A stretch of 63,124 nucleotides of DNA, counting the filler, from Choristocarpus tenellus KU-1152 (lineage: Eukaryota; Protista; Phaeophyceae), in NCBI GenBank assembly GCA_964200185.2. It is 11 parts of 11 records of this genome, joined end to end, with 100 filler letters (N's around TTAATTAATTAA, not from the genome) between each part and the next. Parts side by side here need not be neighbours in the genome. Positions count along the whole stretch, not along the records: positions 37,187 to 41,945 come from CAXNAD020013164.1; positions 42,046 to 51,002 come from CAXNAD020004163.1; positions 51,103 to 58,695 come from CAXNAD020005910.1; 8 more parts are not named here. The stretch is one strand, 5' to 3'. Shown here one piece after another: positions 39,050 through 52,779 of the stretch; position 1 is the stretch's first letter, and every line of letters begins with the position of its first letter. Position numbers and translations under genes: made by a program. Below the pieces are notes generated by a model. The model saw nothing but the letters and a program-made list of their open reading frames with translations. It was not told the DNA's origin and did not search any database.

Positions 39050-39249
39050 ACACGTAAGGCTTTGGTCATAGGTGGCGGTGTGGACGCTATTCTGGGCATG
39101 TTGCGCTCTCCTGTGAGTCGTACATCAGCAATCCTCTTCCTCCGCATGGCATCAGCCCTCATTTGGGATTCACCCCCGCCTTCAGACGTTTTTGCTCCTA
39201 ACACTGGGATAGTGGCAGGAAGTACTTGTGAAGAACCCTTGGTGCAAAG
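39050..39249 (+). CDS. Next exon of the same unidentified ARM-like protein
   Basis: CAG|TRKALVIGGGVDAILGMLRSP...|GTAAGC; GGVxAILxML is ARM-like. Confidence 0.62.
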
Positions 39250-41670
39250 GTAAGCATATTGTGGACCAATGTATCACCCTGCGGTAAGTAATTTGCGAAT
39301 GTACGGATCAAAAGATTGATACCAAGGTGACAGAAAATAATACATATATATGTATTTGTATGATTTAGCTTGAAGTAATAACAATGCTATGACTAAATAT
39401 TAATATTAGTCATCATAGTAATTATGCAAGTAGTCATTCTGTTGGTGGATATGTTGCCTTTCATTTATGTCTCCTAATCTCTCAATATTTCTGTTTGCCT
39501 GACATGAACATGGAGTGATGCTAGATTACTGTTGTTCTTTTTGAAAAAAAGCACTAATAATAGTGCTGACAACTAGTGAGGATGCGGGGTAGGGAACTTT
39601 CTGGTGCTAGTGCATTCTGTTGTCTCAATTGACATGGGGTTTTTCCATTTGGTATAGTACTAGATGGCGCCTTTCATGGTATGTCAGTTAAATCTCAATT
39701 ATACTACATTACTTTCTTGATGTGAACCCAAATTTTAAAAGCCATGTATGTTGACATGATCATAATAAGAATATGTTTGTATATATATATATAGTCAGCC
39801 CCAATCTTTTCAAGAAAACAATTTAGACCATTAAACAATATACAAAACCGGAAGGGTTAGAAATGGATTTAAATTATTCAGCCTTCTCATTATCATACAA
39901 AATTTGAATTTTCCCCAAAAAATATATTCATCTTGTCCAATGAAGTCCTGAACAAGAGCAAACCCTCTATTCTTTTTCTTTTTTTAAGACTTCCTTTCAA
40001 CCTACCGTCTTCCTTTGCCAAAAGAGTGGATGTGCCCCCTAAGGACACTATAATCTTCATCGAGACTTCATCTGGACACCAGGGAGGGTCTATAGACAGG
40101 GCCAGAGAGGTGCACAGGGTCAAGATGGCATGCCCACCCATGCAGGTCACTAATAATGGGGTTGAACTCTTCTATCATTGACTGGGTGTAAACTATCTTT
40201 TTGCCGAGTTGCTCCTTGTCTTGTGGGGTCTATCACATTAAAAAATATTTGCTTTAGACAGAGAAATCATTTTAAATGAGTAGAATTAAGGGGGAAGGTA
40301 AGGGTTAGGGTTGTAAACAATGAGGAGTAGGGGAGAATGTTACATTGGGTTAAGTCTTTGCAGGAATGATGCAGGTCAAGGGTGTAGGTAGCTATGGTTA
40401 ATTGTGTTGAAGCAGCCATGGGAGGGGAGGGGATGGGGGAGTTAGGGTAATACAGGTATATCATCATACTATCTCATAGAGTTGTTCTTCATAGTAGCTT
40501 GTAGAAATAACGTTGATACATTAGCAAGAAAAAACACGATAGCAGAGGGGGAAGGCCTATTTGTATAGGCAGATCTGAGTCAGGTATCAATAGCTATCCC
40601 TAAATCAGTTAGTGTTGAGTTGGACTGTGTTTGTGCTATGCCAACTTGCACCACATTTGTCAATGACAAGGGTGATTGGGTGTCATAGAGAAGGAGATTT
40701 TTTTTAATCCTTAATGTGTTTAGAATACATATCATACCAGTTTACCTCACTATGCGAAGGACAAACAGCACATGCTGAAAACAAACTGGCAATATCATTA
40801 TCATCAATGTTTTCAATGGTACAAAGGTTGAGGAAGCAGTTTGTAAGGTCAAATACCATGGTGCTTGAGCACTATAGCACATGCGTAACCGTATCCCTTA
40901 AGCACACAAGTCTTCCCACTCATCTTATCAATCTCACTCCAAAATATCGCCATCTCACATCTTGGGCAGCGGGAAATACTCGTCTTGTATGTTACACTAC
41001 CTACACATCCATTCCAATTTTTGGCAGAACTGGAGAGCACACTAGATTGCGGAGCCGGGTTGTCATTCATTATGTGCTGTGAAATATATTAGTACCCACC
41101 CAAGGCTTGCTAAGGAATAGCTTGAAGTTGAAATCATTTCCTCTTAGTACAATGGAATGTAACAGGCGGTTATGTCTTGTTGCGTATTTGATGAAAGTCT
41201 TTGTGTTAACAATGGTCAACTCGAATCCAAAGAGAAACAGCGTTATTCCAAATGTTGAGTGATAGGAGCTTAGTTAGTGTAGACAGCATGAGTGGTGGCG
41301 TTTCTATAACAACTGGGAAAGTACAAAGGAAGACCTTTGACGATCCTGACCAATTGTCACTAACGAATCCAACATCCCTCACTCTAGCCTGGTGGGAAGA
41401 TGTGCTGAAAGATAATAAACACATCCGTCTTGCTTGAAGAATAAGCTCTGTTGCAGTTTCTAATATAACCAGGGCACATCAACAAACAACAGGTCATTCA
41501 CAGGGCATCTCCATACTTACACAACTCCTTGGTTGAGGATTGTCAAGGCCATTTACCAGTTCTGACTGGTTCATACGGCGCTTGGGAAGAGGTAAGGGAC
41601 AAATAGATATGCCATGGCATTATTCAAGGTGCTTAGGATGATAAATATGATAAATCTTAGCGTGATCTGT

Positions 41671-41924
41671 GCGTGAAAGTCTCTTATTAAGAGAGGGTAC
41701 GAGTTTTGCCCTGTTTGTCCATTTGGTTCTTGGCTTCCCATGGGTTCATTTATGACATTTTCCTACTCCAAAATGTTTAGGAGTAGGTAAAGTGTATATG
41801 AAAAAAGGTTGTGTCCAGAACATGGATATTGACACTTCCTAACAAACACGATAGCTATAATTTCATGAAAATCGCAACATTGGATTTTGGCTCCCAAATG
41901 AATATGGCTCTACCCTCTAAGATA
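41671..41924 (+). mobile_element. MITE family A with extra bases in its left TIR and a family B insertion in its right TIR
   Basis: GCGTGAAAGTCTCTTA[TTAAGA]GAGGGTAC...TACCCTCTAAGATA followed directly by GGGTCAAAGTATCTGG. Confidence 0.9.
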
Positions 41925-41945
41925 GGGTCAAAGTATCTGGGGGGG
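41925..41945 (+). mobile_element. Left TIR of a MITE family B element, cut by the contig end
   Basis: GGGTCAAAGTATCTGGGGGGG. Confidence 0.85.
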
Positions 41946-42109
41946 NNNNNNNNNNNNNNNNNNNNNNNNNNNNNNNNNNNNNNNNNNNNTTAATTAATTA
42001 ANNNNNNNNNNNNNNNNNNNNNNNNNNNNNNNNNNNNNNNNNNNNTTTATTGTGCCGCCTCCGACTTTATATCTTAATAAAAAAAAACAATTGTTGGTTT
42101 CTCTCTCCC

Positions 42110-42110
<1 letters not shown>

Positions 42111-42143
<33 letters not shown>

Positions 42144-42157
42144 AGATACTTTGACCC
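42111..42157 (+). mobile_element. Right TIR of a MITE B-type element near a contig start
   Basis: Long C-tract followed by AGATACTTTGACCC. Confidence 0.8.
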
Positions 42158-45100
42158 GTCTGGAGCGAGCACAAGAAGCGTGACACCTCGGGCGTAAGTG
42201 CATTTCGGCATTGTCCGTATTTCGACGTGAAACAGCCCCCCTTGGAAAAATCCAGCATCCCATCCAGCGCATACGTCGGCACTAAAGAGGCGTACATTTG
42301 TACATTTTTTAGATTTACCTAAATCCTCAATTTAGCTCGAACAATGAGTTTTATTTATACAATATTGACCCATCAATTTTCTAAAAATATATGTTTAACT
42401 GATTTTCTGGAATACCCCTGTTACATCTAGTCTTTATTAAGATTTTTGTAACCTTGGTTTATATGCAAATAAATGACCAAGTTCTTCTGCTATAATAGCA
42501 TTTGCCAGTGACATTGGCGAAAATTCTACATAGTGAGCATCACTAAGGATAATCTAGGCTGTGGGAGGTGTCAACACATATCGTCACATTCACACAATGC
42601 TTCAGTGGTTAGCGTGTCGCCCTCCCCTCCACGCATTGCATACACATCCCCGATCAGGACAAGTTCGACTTTAGGGCGGTGCACTCCGTCACTGTGCTGT
42701 GGTACGCCAAACCAGATGTGGCGATTGAGATTCCCTCAAGAACAGTGGGGGGTTCACCTATGTCTACAGACCGCAGGTGGACTACTCACCCCTCAAACAT
42801 TGTAAAAACTTTGCGGGTGCGTCTATGTGGTTGTGCTGGGCGACATTCGTACATTGCACACAATATATTCGTCTGTCTGCACATTATTTCGTTTGTGTAC
42901 GCAGACATGGACATCACTGGCTGCCTCTCCAACGCCCAAGCATAACGTGCTGACATCCTGACCAAGAACCTTCAGCGCCCCCACGATTCCAAGATCTTCG
43001 ATTTTGACTTCTTACTGATTCTCAGCAAGTTGATTCTCAGATTTTTTTTAGCTCAGTTTAAGTTAATCAGTCAGTGGAAAGCATGTTTGTTTGTCTGTTG
43101 TCATACCGTTATTTCCGTATGATATATACCATCATACTGTCATAATATTTGTACCGATTGAGGTTCCTCATCAAGCATCCATGGTTCCACTGGCGGACCT
43201 TCCATCGAATGAAACCATGGAATCTCTTTACAAGACCAATCCCATAGACTTGGGACGGCTTTCATTCAAAGTTGTTACACATGAAAGATTCACTTTGCTC
43301 TCATCATGTCTTGACTTGTTTTGGTGATTAAGCCCCATCTCTGAAGATGCACATCACACCTCGTTTTGCACTTGTCCAACCTTAACCTCGTACCCTCGGT
43401 TACGGTTCGTCTTTGTTCTTCTGCTCTGTCTTGCCCGGTGATTCTCTTCACCACCCTTACCTGAGGGAACCGCGCTGCCACAGAATTACTCTTAACCAGA
43501 AATTCTTGCAATTCTGACTGCACCTACCTTTCTCCCAGGTTCCAAATTGGAACGTGCAATATATCACTCTCTCTGTGTAGCTCACTAAACGACATCAGGG
43601 TACAGCATTTCGCAAGAATGTGCACTGATGTCTTGACTGGAGATGGACTTTCCACCTTGAGAGGAGAGACCCTCCTCAAGACCACAATTGAAGCGACATT
43701 GTAGAGGTGACAGCGCGTGTCTTCTCCAACAAGGCAGCCAAAAGACTACCATAGGACACGCTCTCTCTTTCGTACGTGGTCGGTATGGAGACCTTCTCAG
43801 ATGAATGGGTACGTCCAGTCTTGAGATTGATTTTGCTCAGCTGCTGTAGAAACGTGTGCATTGGGCTGATGCTGCTGCAACACAAAGTATCAATCACTTG
43901 TTGACCGACACTTCATGAACTTTCCTACTCCCCATTCACTCCTCCATGACAGACTCTGAGAGGTGTAAGGTATAAACGACCCCCGGCCGAACCCAAAGAG
44001 GATAAACCGAGGGCATGGGGGAAGAGAAGGAAAATACACGAGGGATAGGCAATGTCACTGGAAAATCCAAAACAAAAAGTTGCACATTCCAGGATGATGC
44101 ACCTCGAGGACATCCTCTTCAAAGGGGCTGTCCTCCAGGTCACGGTGCAGGTCATGAACGACCTCAAGAGTAAGGACGAGCTCAGGATCGACCACCATGC
44201 GGAAGACTCCTCCAACGGGACATCTGAAAACCCTAATCCAAACAATAACTATACCCTGTCCGAAGAGTGTTACACTAAACGCCAGCAATGAATACGAAGG
44301 CAAGCTACTAAACCATTGTACAACATACAACTATTCCTAAATCGCAACCCTTTGCCCTCCTCAGATGCAATGTCTTATCTCTCGTTCAGTTCTCAACCCT
44401 GGAGCCTTTTACGCACACAGATTCCTCTACATTGACGTGTGTCCCATATCCTCTCGACCAGATGAATGTCTACATTTCTTCGTCATTTTGATGTTTTGTG
44501 TCCATTGCCACAAGATAGCACCAACCACTTCTTTCGATATTGCATCATCTCGTATTGCGCAACCTCCTCCACTCTTCACCTGTGACACCGATATCGGGCG
44601 CCTAACCCCTTTGACTATTGCTGTCCACTAGACCTCCTTTTGCAGAGGCCAGCCGTATAACATGTTAGAACACTAGTAAACACCTGTGTCTACAGAGCAG
44701 AAAGTCAGCTGACTATCTCCTCGGTGGTAGACACAGTTGTTTACTACTAATGATCTAACATATATCACGGTCACGCCGTTTAGTGGCATCCAGGCCGTTC
44801 ACGACCTAGACCTCAACGAGAAAACACGTGTGGACCACAAAACCGCCATAGCTAAGCTCCAAACCCATGATGGAGGCATTGTTATTACATGCACTGTGCT
44901 AGGCAATAATCACAACCCGAATCGCCTCCCAAGAATCTCTCCAAGTTGTGCAATTTTTTTACTCTCAAAGACGCCAGTGGAGGACGAGGAATCGAGTTCT
45001 GTGGACAATATAGAACACCAGCCCGATTGTAAGAAAGGGGAAGAAGATATCTCAGCCTCTAACCCGACAGAAGATGAGAGGGACCGGAGACACTCTAGGG

Positions 45101-45233
45101 GTATGCCGCCATCTCCAACCTAGGAAGACAACTCTCCTAGCACTGAAGGCCGGTCTGGTACTGGATAATACTTCAACATGTCTTCTCACCAAATCCACTC
45201 TTTACCACAATGTGGACATGGGGCGATTTCTAC

Positions 45234-45322
45234 CCTAATCCTAAGCGCGATTCCTAATCCTAAGCGCGATTCCTAATCCTAAGCGCGGTTCCTAATCCTA
45301 AGCGCAATTCCTAACCCTATCC
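45234..45322. repeat. 19-bp minisatellite (CCTAATCCTAAGCGCGATT) x4 with telomere-like flanks
   Basis: Direct tandem copies. Confidence 0.92.
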
Positions 45323-45715
45323 TCTAACTCTACTTACACTTTATATCATCTCTTGTACTGAACCATTGCACAAACTGCAATTCACATCGCAAGCCTACAT
45401 TTTTGTACACAAGGCAAAGCATTCATTAATCGTTTCCCTAACACTGTCTCAATTTGGAATATGTGAAAAGCAGCCCCTGCATCAGACAAACATCTCACGC
45501 TTTACATTAACTTTACAAAGGGCATGGGTCGCACCCCCCTAGCCTAACTTCCTATAACCCTTACCCTGACCCTTGCCCTAGGCCCATATACAAATCATGA
45601 CACAAACCACCAAAACAACACGAACCCTATCCAATATCCGTCCTTGTGACACGCTCGACCTTCATCATGCTAACCTAGCCCTATCGGTCACCTAACCCTA
45701 ACCCTAATGATAAAA

Positions 45716-46197
45716 AAACTAACCTGAACACAAAACTAACCAAAAATTGAAAACTTTGTGTAATTCTTAGCTTTGTTCATGAAGACACAAGTCTGAACAC
45801 AAAACTAACCCAAAATACATAGTGTATACATATAGCGCTGTTCATGAAAACCCACGTCTGAACACTAAACTAACCCAAGATAAAAACATAATGTATTTAT
45901 AGTGTTGTTAAACCATAAACCAAAGTTTGGACACAAATATAACCAAAAATATAAACATAGTGTATTTTTTAGCGCTGTTCATGAAAACCCACTTCCGCAC
46001 ACAAAATTATCCCAAAAGAAAAAAGAGAGTATTTTTAGCGTTGTTCACGATAACGCAACGGCAACAGAGCATAACCGCCAACCCTTTTTCAAAACATCGA
46101 AAATTTAACACATGCACGCAAATCACCCAAAATTCGCCATTTGAAAAAAGAATCCAAAACGGACGCCAACCCCCCCCTCCCTCAGATACTTTGACTC
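45716..46197 (+). mobile_element. Right end of a longer family C element with a subterminal ~65-69-bp tandem array
   Basis: About five diverged units (CTGAACACAAAACTAACC...TAGCGCTGTTCATGAAAACCCAC), then a B-like terminus ending CAGATACTTTGACTC. No matching left TIR found in this contig. Confidence 0.75.
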
Positions 46198-46449
46198 GCG
46201 ATAGGTACCGAATATTCTGATGCTTCCTATGTACCTATGTATTGTGATGTCCTAAAGGTAATCTGCAAAATGTCAAAGGTAATTGATGATGTTATGATGA
46301 TGAGCAAATAAATATGTCGAGATAACAACCAGTACAAATGTACAAATCAAACTTCAGTATGAACTGATGATACTGTATCGTATCAAGACAAATCAAATGA
46401 GTGACCTATGTTTTAACAAGGGAAGGGTTGCTAATGAGCCTACAAAAGC

Positions 46450-47400
46450 AGTATGATGATACTAACTGAGGACCACCGAAGAGAGACCTAGAGCGCCTGC
46501 GTTGGTTGGCATCTAAGATGTTCCTCCAAGCCCACAGATCTACTGGTGGTAACCCTCCTTGGAATAACAACATGCCCTCAGGTGAGTAAACGGCTTCCGG
46601 GATCCTCTGTAGTAGGGGTCGCAGAGAAGAATATCCGTCAGTGCATGGTTCGTCCCAGTAGTTGCGGAGGGGTGACCCTGACCACGTAGCTGAGCCAGGG
46701 GGAGAGGGACCAGGCTTCGAGCCTCTTCTCCATATCAAGTAGAATGCCAGTCCTGTCCAGGTTAGTTTTGAGTTGGTGGAAAAGCCTTTATGGTCGCAGA
46801 ATCGATCCTAGGAGGGAAATGAGATGGATGTTCTAGATTGCTTCTGGATGAGACACCCTGAGTGGGACAAACGTAATCTGTATGTTCTTGACCGTGTTGG
46901 AGGTGGTAAAGCAGAATAAACCCTGGGGCCTGGTGGGTTTCCCTGTCGAACAAAGAGAAGAATATCCGTCTGTGCATGGTTGGTCCCTGTAGTTGCGGAG
47001 GGGTGACCCTGACCATGTAGCTGAGCCGGGGGGAGAGGGACCAGGCGTCGAGCCTCTTCTCCATATCAAGGAGAATGCCAGCCCTGTCCAGGTTAGTTTT
47101 GAGTTGGTGGAAAAGCCTTTATGGTCGCAGAATCGATCCTAGGGGGGAAATGAGATGGATGTTCTAGATTGCTTCTGGATGAGACACCCTGAGAGGGACA
47201 AAGGTAATCTGTATGTTCTTGACCGTGTTGGAGGTGGTAAAGCAGAATAAACCCTGGGGCCTGGTGGGTTTCCCTGTCGAACTCCTGACCTAGATGTTAA
47301 AATCCTGATCACGGACGTTTCCAGAGGAAAGACTAGCTCCAGTGAACTGTTGCAAATCTTTTGTACGCAAGGCAGAGGGTCTGGAAGGAGATCCAGCAAG
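46450..47400 (-). mobile_element. CRE-like non-LTR RT fragment containing a 331-bp tandem duplication (46623-46951 and 46954-47282)
   Basis: ILTSRSGVRQGNPPGP (cf. SxxGVQQGDPLGP, RT domain 4 of CRE/R2 clades); two near-identical units with a 331-bp period. Confidence 0.7.
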
Positions 47401-48149
47401 ACTCAATGAACACATGATGGGCTGGCATCGTAGTAATAGTACCTCCCACCAACCTTTTACGCCATACATTCTTCCATAAGTATTTTTGATGTTTGTTTTG
47501 AAATCAAAAACATAAGTTGAAAGTGGGTATGTGACGTGTCTAGGGATCACAAAATCAGACACCACAAAAACTGTCAATAAAGTAAGGTGCTCTGTGAGAG
47601 CCATCTTCCAACTAAGGTATACCTTTCAGGTGACCTATCCTGAAGATCTATTATATGGTATCTGTTTTTGCACGTTGAAGTTAACATCTGCTTGAAGAAA
47701 AAGGGGGTGGTTTGAGGGGACCTTACAAACCCCCCTCATTCACGTTTCACTTGTTCAGTCTTCCCTTGAGTGATCTTCTGAGGGGTTGCTCTTCCTCTTG
47801 CCCTGTCTCTCTCAACTTCCTTGCCTCCCGTGGGTCTTCCCGTTCCACTTCAGTCTGAAGAACCCATCAGCCTGTTTCCATTGATTCATAGTTACTTTAA
47901 ACTAGATGGTTATGCCGTTTGTAGAATGCAATAGCATGTAGTGTGTTCGTTGGTCAAAGTGCAAAACACAGAAAGGGCTACGATGAGATCAAGACTTAAT
48001 TCTCTACCTTAATCTGCATATGAAGATCCGGCTACTGTCATCTTGGAATTGGATAACATAGTTAAGAAAATGTGATCCTTGGATGATGAACCCGGCGAAG
48101 AAGAACAACTTAGTGCGATGCACATTTGTTTGACTGACGAGTAATTCAT

Positions 48150-51002
48150 TGAGATTAGCCAGGTCACAGGTTGCGGTCGAGCAGCACGGATGGATCTCCA
48201 AAAACGAGTTTGCGAAATGTATCAACTTCGCAAACGAAAACTGGAACGAAGGATGGGCAATATTGGAGGGTGAATTGATGGTTGGAGCTCCCCGATCCAG
48301 GAACGGAAATGCAGGTTTTGGGAAGGATCAGCAGCCAAAACGTGTGGAGCGCTGGCAGTGTGGAGGACCACACTTTCGATCTTCTTATCCCACCGTTGTT
48401 TCGTCCCATCTTATACAGGTTCTTGTTATATCTGTGGAGAAAAAGGACACAAGGCTTAAAGTTGTCCCAAATGCGCTGGTGGTCTGGGAGAATTGGGTCA
48501 ACGCTCTTCTGGACAAGCTCCCCGAAGGAAGAAGAAGAATGGTAAAGGGAAGGGGAGTCGCAATGCAAGCAACACTGGTGAAACTGGTGATGGTGAACAG
48601 ACAGAAAGTGGTAAACCAGTTCAACTTGGAGGATTCTCATCGGTGAACAATGATGGAAGTATTGTGGAAGTGGATGAACGTTGTTTATTTGACAGTGGGT
48701 GTTCGGTTCATATGAAAAGCAATCCTACTGCTCTGATAGATTCAAAACCTGTGGTAGGGATATCGTTGGCTGTTGGGGATGGAAAGGTTCTACAAGTTTC
48801 AGTCACAGGTGATTTGTCACTATCTTGTGTACATATTGGGGAAGTTTCAAACTTAATCTTGCACAGTATGTCATTTGTTCCTGGGTTAAAATTTAATCTC
48901 TTCTCAAAGATACAAGCGGGGGAACAATCAGGGGGAGAATTATATTGGAAAGGGGAACATTATCTGCGATTAACCCCTTCTTCTGGAGGACCTGGATTGG
49001 AATTTGTGAAGACAAATGGGAAGAATTATGTATTGTTTACATTGAAAGCTAATCGAAGAAGCTTCTTGACAATTCCTGACCTGCCTTCAAGACAACCACG
49101 TGAAGTACCTGACATGACAGAGAGGATTGTGTCAGGACTAGGTCTAGCCGAGGGCGAGGCGAGAACAGACACAATCGCACTGACAAGGGCTGGAGGAGAC
49201 ACCGTCACAGGTGGAGAATCTGAGGAGACTGCAATGTCAGAGGAGGATGTTGCAGCGACAGGAGTGAATACCCTTGAGGGGGTTTCAGGAGGTGCCATCG
49301 ACCCAGGGGGAACTGTTGAGGAGAGGCCTACCACAATGTTGGCTGGAATGGATGTTGATCTGGAGCGATCGACTGGAGCAAACGCAAAATCAGACGAGGA
49401 TGTTGTGGCATCTGAGAACCTCGCCAAGGGAGGGGTTAGAAGATTCGATTTTGCACAGGAAGAGGCTGGAGGTATCAACCTAACCTACACTGGGGTTAGA
49501 GATTTCGATCTCGCCCAAGAGGGGTGTGGAGGAATGATGTTGGAGGCTACTATATCAGTTGAGGATGAAGTAGCGATTAGTGCACTTCCCCTGAGGGGGT
49601 TATAGTTAATGCCATTGTCCCAGAGGGGATTGTTGGGGGGGAGGGACCTACCCCAAAGATGGCTCCGCCAGAGTTTGATCCAGGGGGGCCAACTAGTTTG
49701 AAAGCAACGTCAGAGGAGAATGTTGTAGCATTTGATGTGCTCGCCCAAGGTGGGGCTGGAGCATTTGTCACTGCCCCATGGGGACTGAGTGTGGATGGAA
49801 TCTTGGAGGAGAAACAAGACGACGTTCGGCTGAGCACTGAAGATTTGGTACTGGAGGAAACTTTATTGGGATCGGAAAAAGAGGTTCCAGAGGAAAAGAC
49901 TTCAAAAGGCGTGTCTTCAGAAAAAGTGGGTTTGGGTTTGGAAAATGGACGTACTAATGGGATGCTGAATACTGGTGCTGGTGGTATGGATACAAAAACG
50001 CCACAGCAGGGGAGTGGTGGAAAGTTGTTGCTGCGACCAGTGGATCACAACCACGACCCCCCATCTGAACCTGGCGAACCATTGGAACGGACGGAAGGTC
50101 TACTTGCGGGTGGAAACGATAAACCCCTCCCACCAGAACCTAAGACCATGAGAGCAGCGACAGAGTGTGAGGAGTGGCCTTTGTGGAAAGCTGCTATTCA
50201 TGAAGAAGTTGATGATCTGGATAGCAGGGGAGTGTGGATTCAAGTACCTCGCTCCACTGATGGTCACAAGGCACTAGGGACAAATATGGTTTTTGACCAA
50301 GGCAGATGGATGGCAAAGGGAGAGTGCAGAGGTCCAAGGTGGGACTAGGACAACTAGGATTTTCTGCTGATGGAAACTTTGCTGGAGCTGGGCTTGGAAC
50401 AATCTGAGGCAGATCTATGTCTGTTCAGAATGATTGTGGACGGTGAGACTGTGATGATCATGATTATCCATGTGGATGAAATGCTGATGGCTGAGGAATC
50501 AGGGGCTGCTTATGCTGTACATATCATTGAGGGACTTAATGAGAAGTTCCCAGTGGTGAATTTGGGTGAGGTAACCAAATTTCTGGGATGCAGGATCAGG
50601 AGGAACAGGAAAACTGGAACACTTGTGGATCAGAGCTTATACATCGGTGAACTGGCGGAAAGGCATGGTATTGGCACGACTTACGAGCTACCGTCCATCA
50701 CAAAGCGAGTGGAGCAGGAGGGACCTGTTCCAGATGACTACAGATCAATGATTGGTGGTATACAATGGGCTTCTTTTATGACTAGACCTGATGTATCGTT
50801 TGCAGTTAGAGAGTTGGCTTCGTGTGTGGAGAATCCAAGTTTTACTGATTGGTTGAATGCTAGGAGGGTGATTGGGTACCTATTGGGTACTAGAGAGCAT
50901 GGAATTGCCTTTGGTGATTTTGGATTGTATGGTAATGGACCAAGGGATCAGTTAATTGGTTATACTGATGCTGATTATGCTAACTGTAAAGAGAGTAGAT
51001 TG
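48150..51002 (+). mobile_element. Ty1/Copia relic (gag, protease, long acidic linker, RT); no integrase core recognised
   Basis: CGGPHFRSSYP (knuckle relic); CLFDSGCSVHM (protease); FVPGLKFNLFS; EPKTMRAA...WKAAIHEEV; IHVDEML; TRPDVSFAV; LIGYTDADYA. Confidence 0.92.
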
Positions 51003-52184
51003 NNNNNNNNNNNNNNNNNNNNNNNNNNNNNNNNNNNNNNNNNNNNTTAATTAATTAANNNNNNNNNNNNNNNNNNNNNNNNNNNNNNNNNNNNNNNNNN
51101 NNTGTGCATCAGGAGTCCTATACGTGCATCAGTACCATCTATGGGCCTGTAGATCGGAGCTATACAACCTTTGGAGGTAAGCTTCTGGAGCGCGCTGTAT
51201 GAGTTCTCACCAAAAATAATGAAAAAAACGTTACGTAGAAAAAAAGAAAGCAAGAGATTATTGGCGTCTCGATTCAGGATTGGAATAGAGATAATTAAAC
51301 GCACTTGCGGGTCGATTGATTGGTTGATTAAACTGAGAAGTCACACCGCCAAATATTCGGGCTATAAGTATCAATGATTGGGGTGTTGACAATACTATAG
51401 ACATAATGTGGAAGTGTCAACGCGCCAAAGCTCTCTGCACGAAGGGGCAATCACAATCACCAGACTGAACTCTTCCACCTCAGAGGGTGAGATCAAGTTT
51501 CACAGGTCTTGACCCAACATCTCAAAGTCAGTTGAGGAAATCCAGATCCGAACAAAAACCTGAAAGCACAACGGATGTCCCAGAATGACTGAGCAACGTC
51601 ACAGCAGAAAAATGGATCGGTCAGAATCGGAATGGATCTTTGTTCTGACAGTCCTTTTGGCTGTTTGGTCAAATCCGGATCACGGGTGTTAGTTGGTTTT
51701 ATGAACTGGTCGATATGGGCGAGTTCCAATGACGTGGTTGGCGGGCAAATGTTATATGACCATGCGTCTGGTCTTATCCACAAATGTGTGTGTCGGAGAT
51801 CCCAAAAGAGGAACCTGTCCCTGACATCACCCCTCCCCCCAGTGTGTAATCTATCGGACACAAATACAATAGTGGCTGAACAGCACTTCATGTCGGACAG
51901 ATGCATTTTTGGAAGGAACAAAAAAAAATGAAAAACATCCTGGATGAATCAATGCAGGGGAAAGAAAAATGAAAAGGTGGAGCACTAGTTGTGATCAGCC
52001 CTAGATCGCACTCTAGTCCAAGTGAAATCTGTGTTAACGGGTGGAAAGCGCAGTGAGAAAAATGGCATGGACCTGCCTGTCTCTTACATGCCTCCCGGGG
52101 ATCCAAGTGGGTAAAGCTCAGTATTTACCACAACTTTGGTACATCAAGTCATCTATTGGGGAGTTTTGTGAGAATAGTGTCAAG

Positions 52185-52271
52185 GGTGGTTGGAAGACTC
52201 ATCCCTTACTATCACCTCTTCTTCAACAACTTGCCTCCAAGGTGCTGGGACAACCAGAAAGTTCGACTTCA
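52185..52271 (+). pseudogene. hAT transposase C-terminal dimerisation-domain remnant
   Basis: GWKTHPLLSPLLQQLASKVLGQPESSTS resembles WWxxHxxxxPxLxxLAxxxLxxPASS. Confidence 0.55.
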
Positions 52272-52779
52272 AATATTTTGTTATTTGCGCATTTGTTGAA
52301 ATAAAGTATAATATTATACCCGTGGTAAATAATATTTTGAAAAAATATGCATGCTTCTCACAGATAGGACCAACCTGTGTTTGTGTTTCCGGATAAGAGC
52401 ATTTTTTCTACCTCACGAGGCTCAAGTCGTTTAATAGATCAGCCCTAAAATACCGCCCGGACTGAGCCATGGTATGGTCTTCAAGAATTTATCGGCGTTT
52501 CTTCCGCCGTCTTGATAGTGAAAAAAACACATCTTCTCTATCTGTGGAATCCTATGGCAACTCACCAGGCCGGCAACCCACTAGTATAGAGGCATTCATC
52601 GCACTTTCCGGTCCGCAAGGAGGGATATCACAAGTGTTGGAGGGGGCTTGGTTGCAATTAGGTGGACGTCCGGTTGGTGGTAATACAAGTTCTTCGGCTG
52701 TTGTAGTGGCAGGTGTCTTTTGATTATGACAAGTCGCTTGGTCAATGGCTCTTACTTTAGGGAGGTCCAACTTGTTCTC

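Noticed and set aside
39850-41640. Decayed coding-like tract, possibly non-LTR or DIRS
   Set aside because: No diagnostic motif could be read with confidence.
45716-46060. ~67-bp periodic array as CRISPR repeat-spacer units
   Set aside because: The whole unit is homologous between copies (no unique spacers) and it abuts a transposon TIR.
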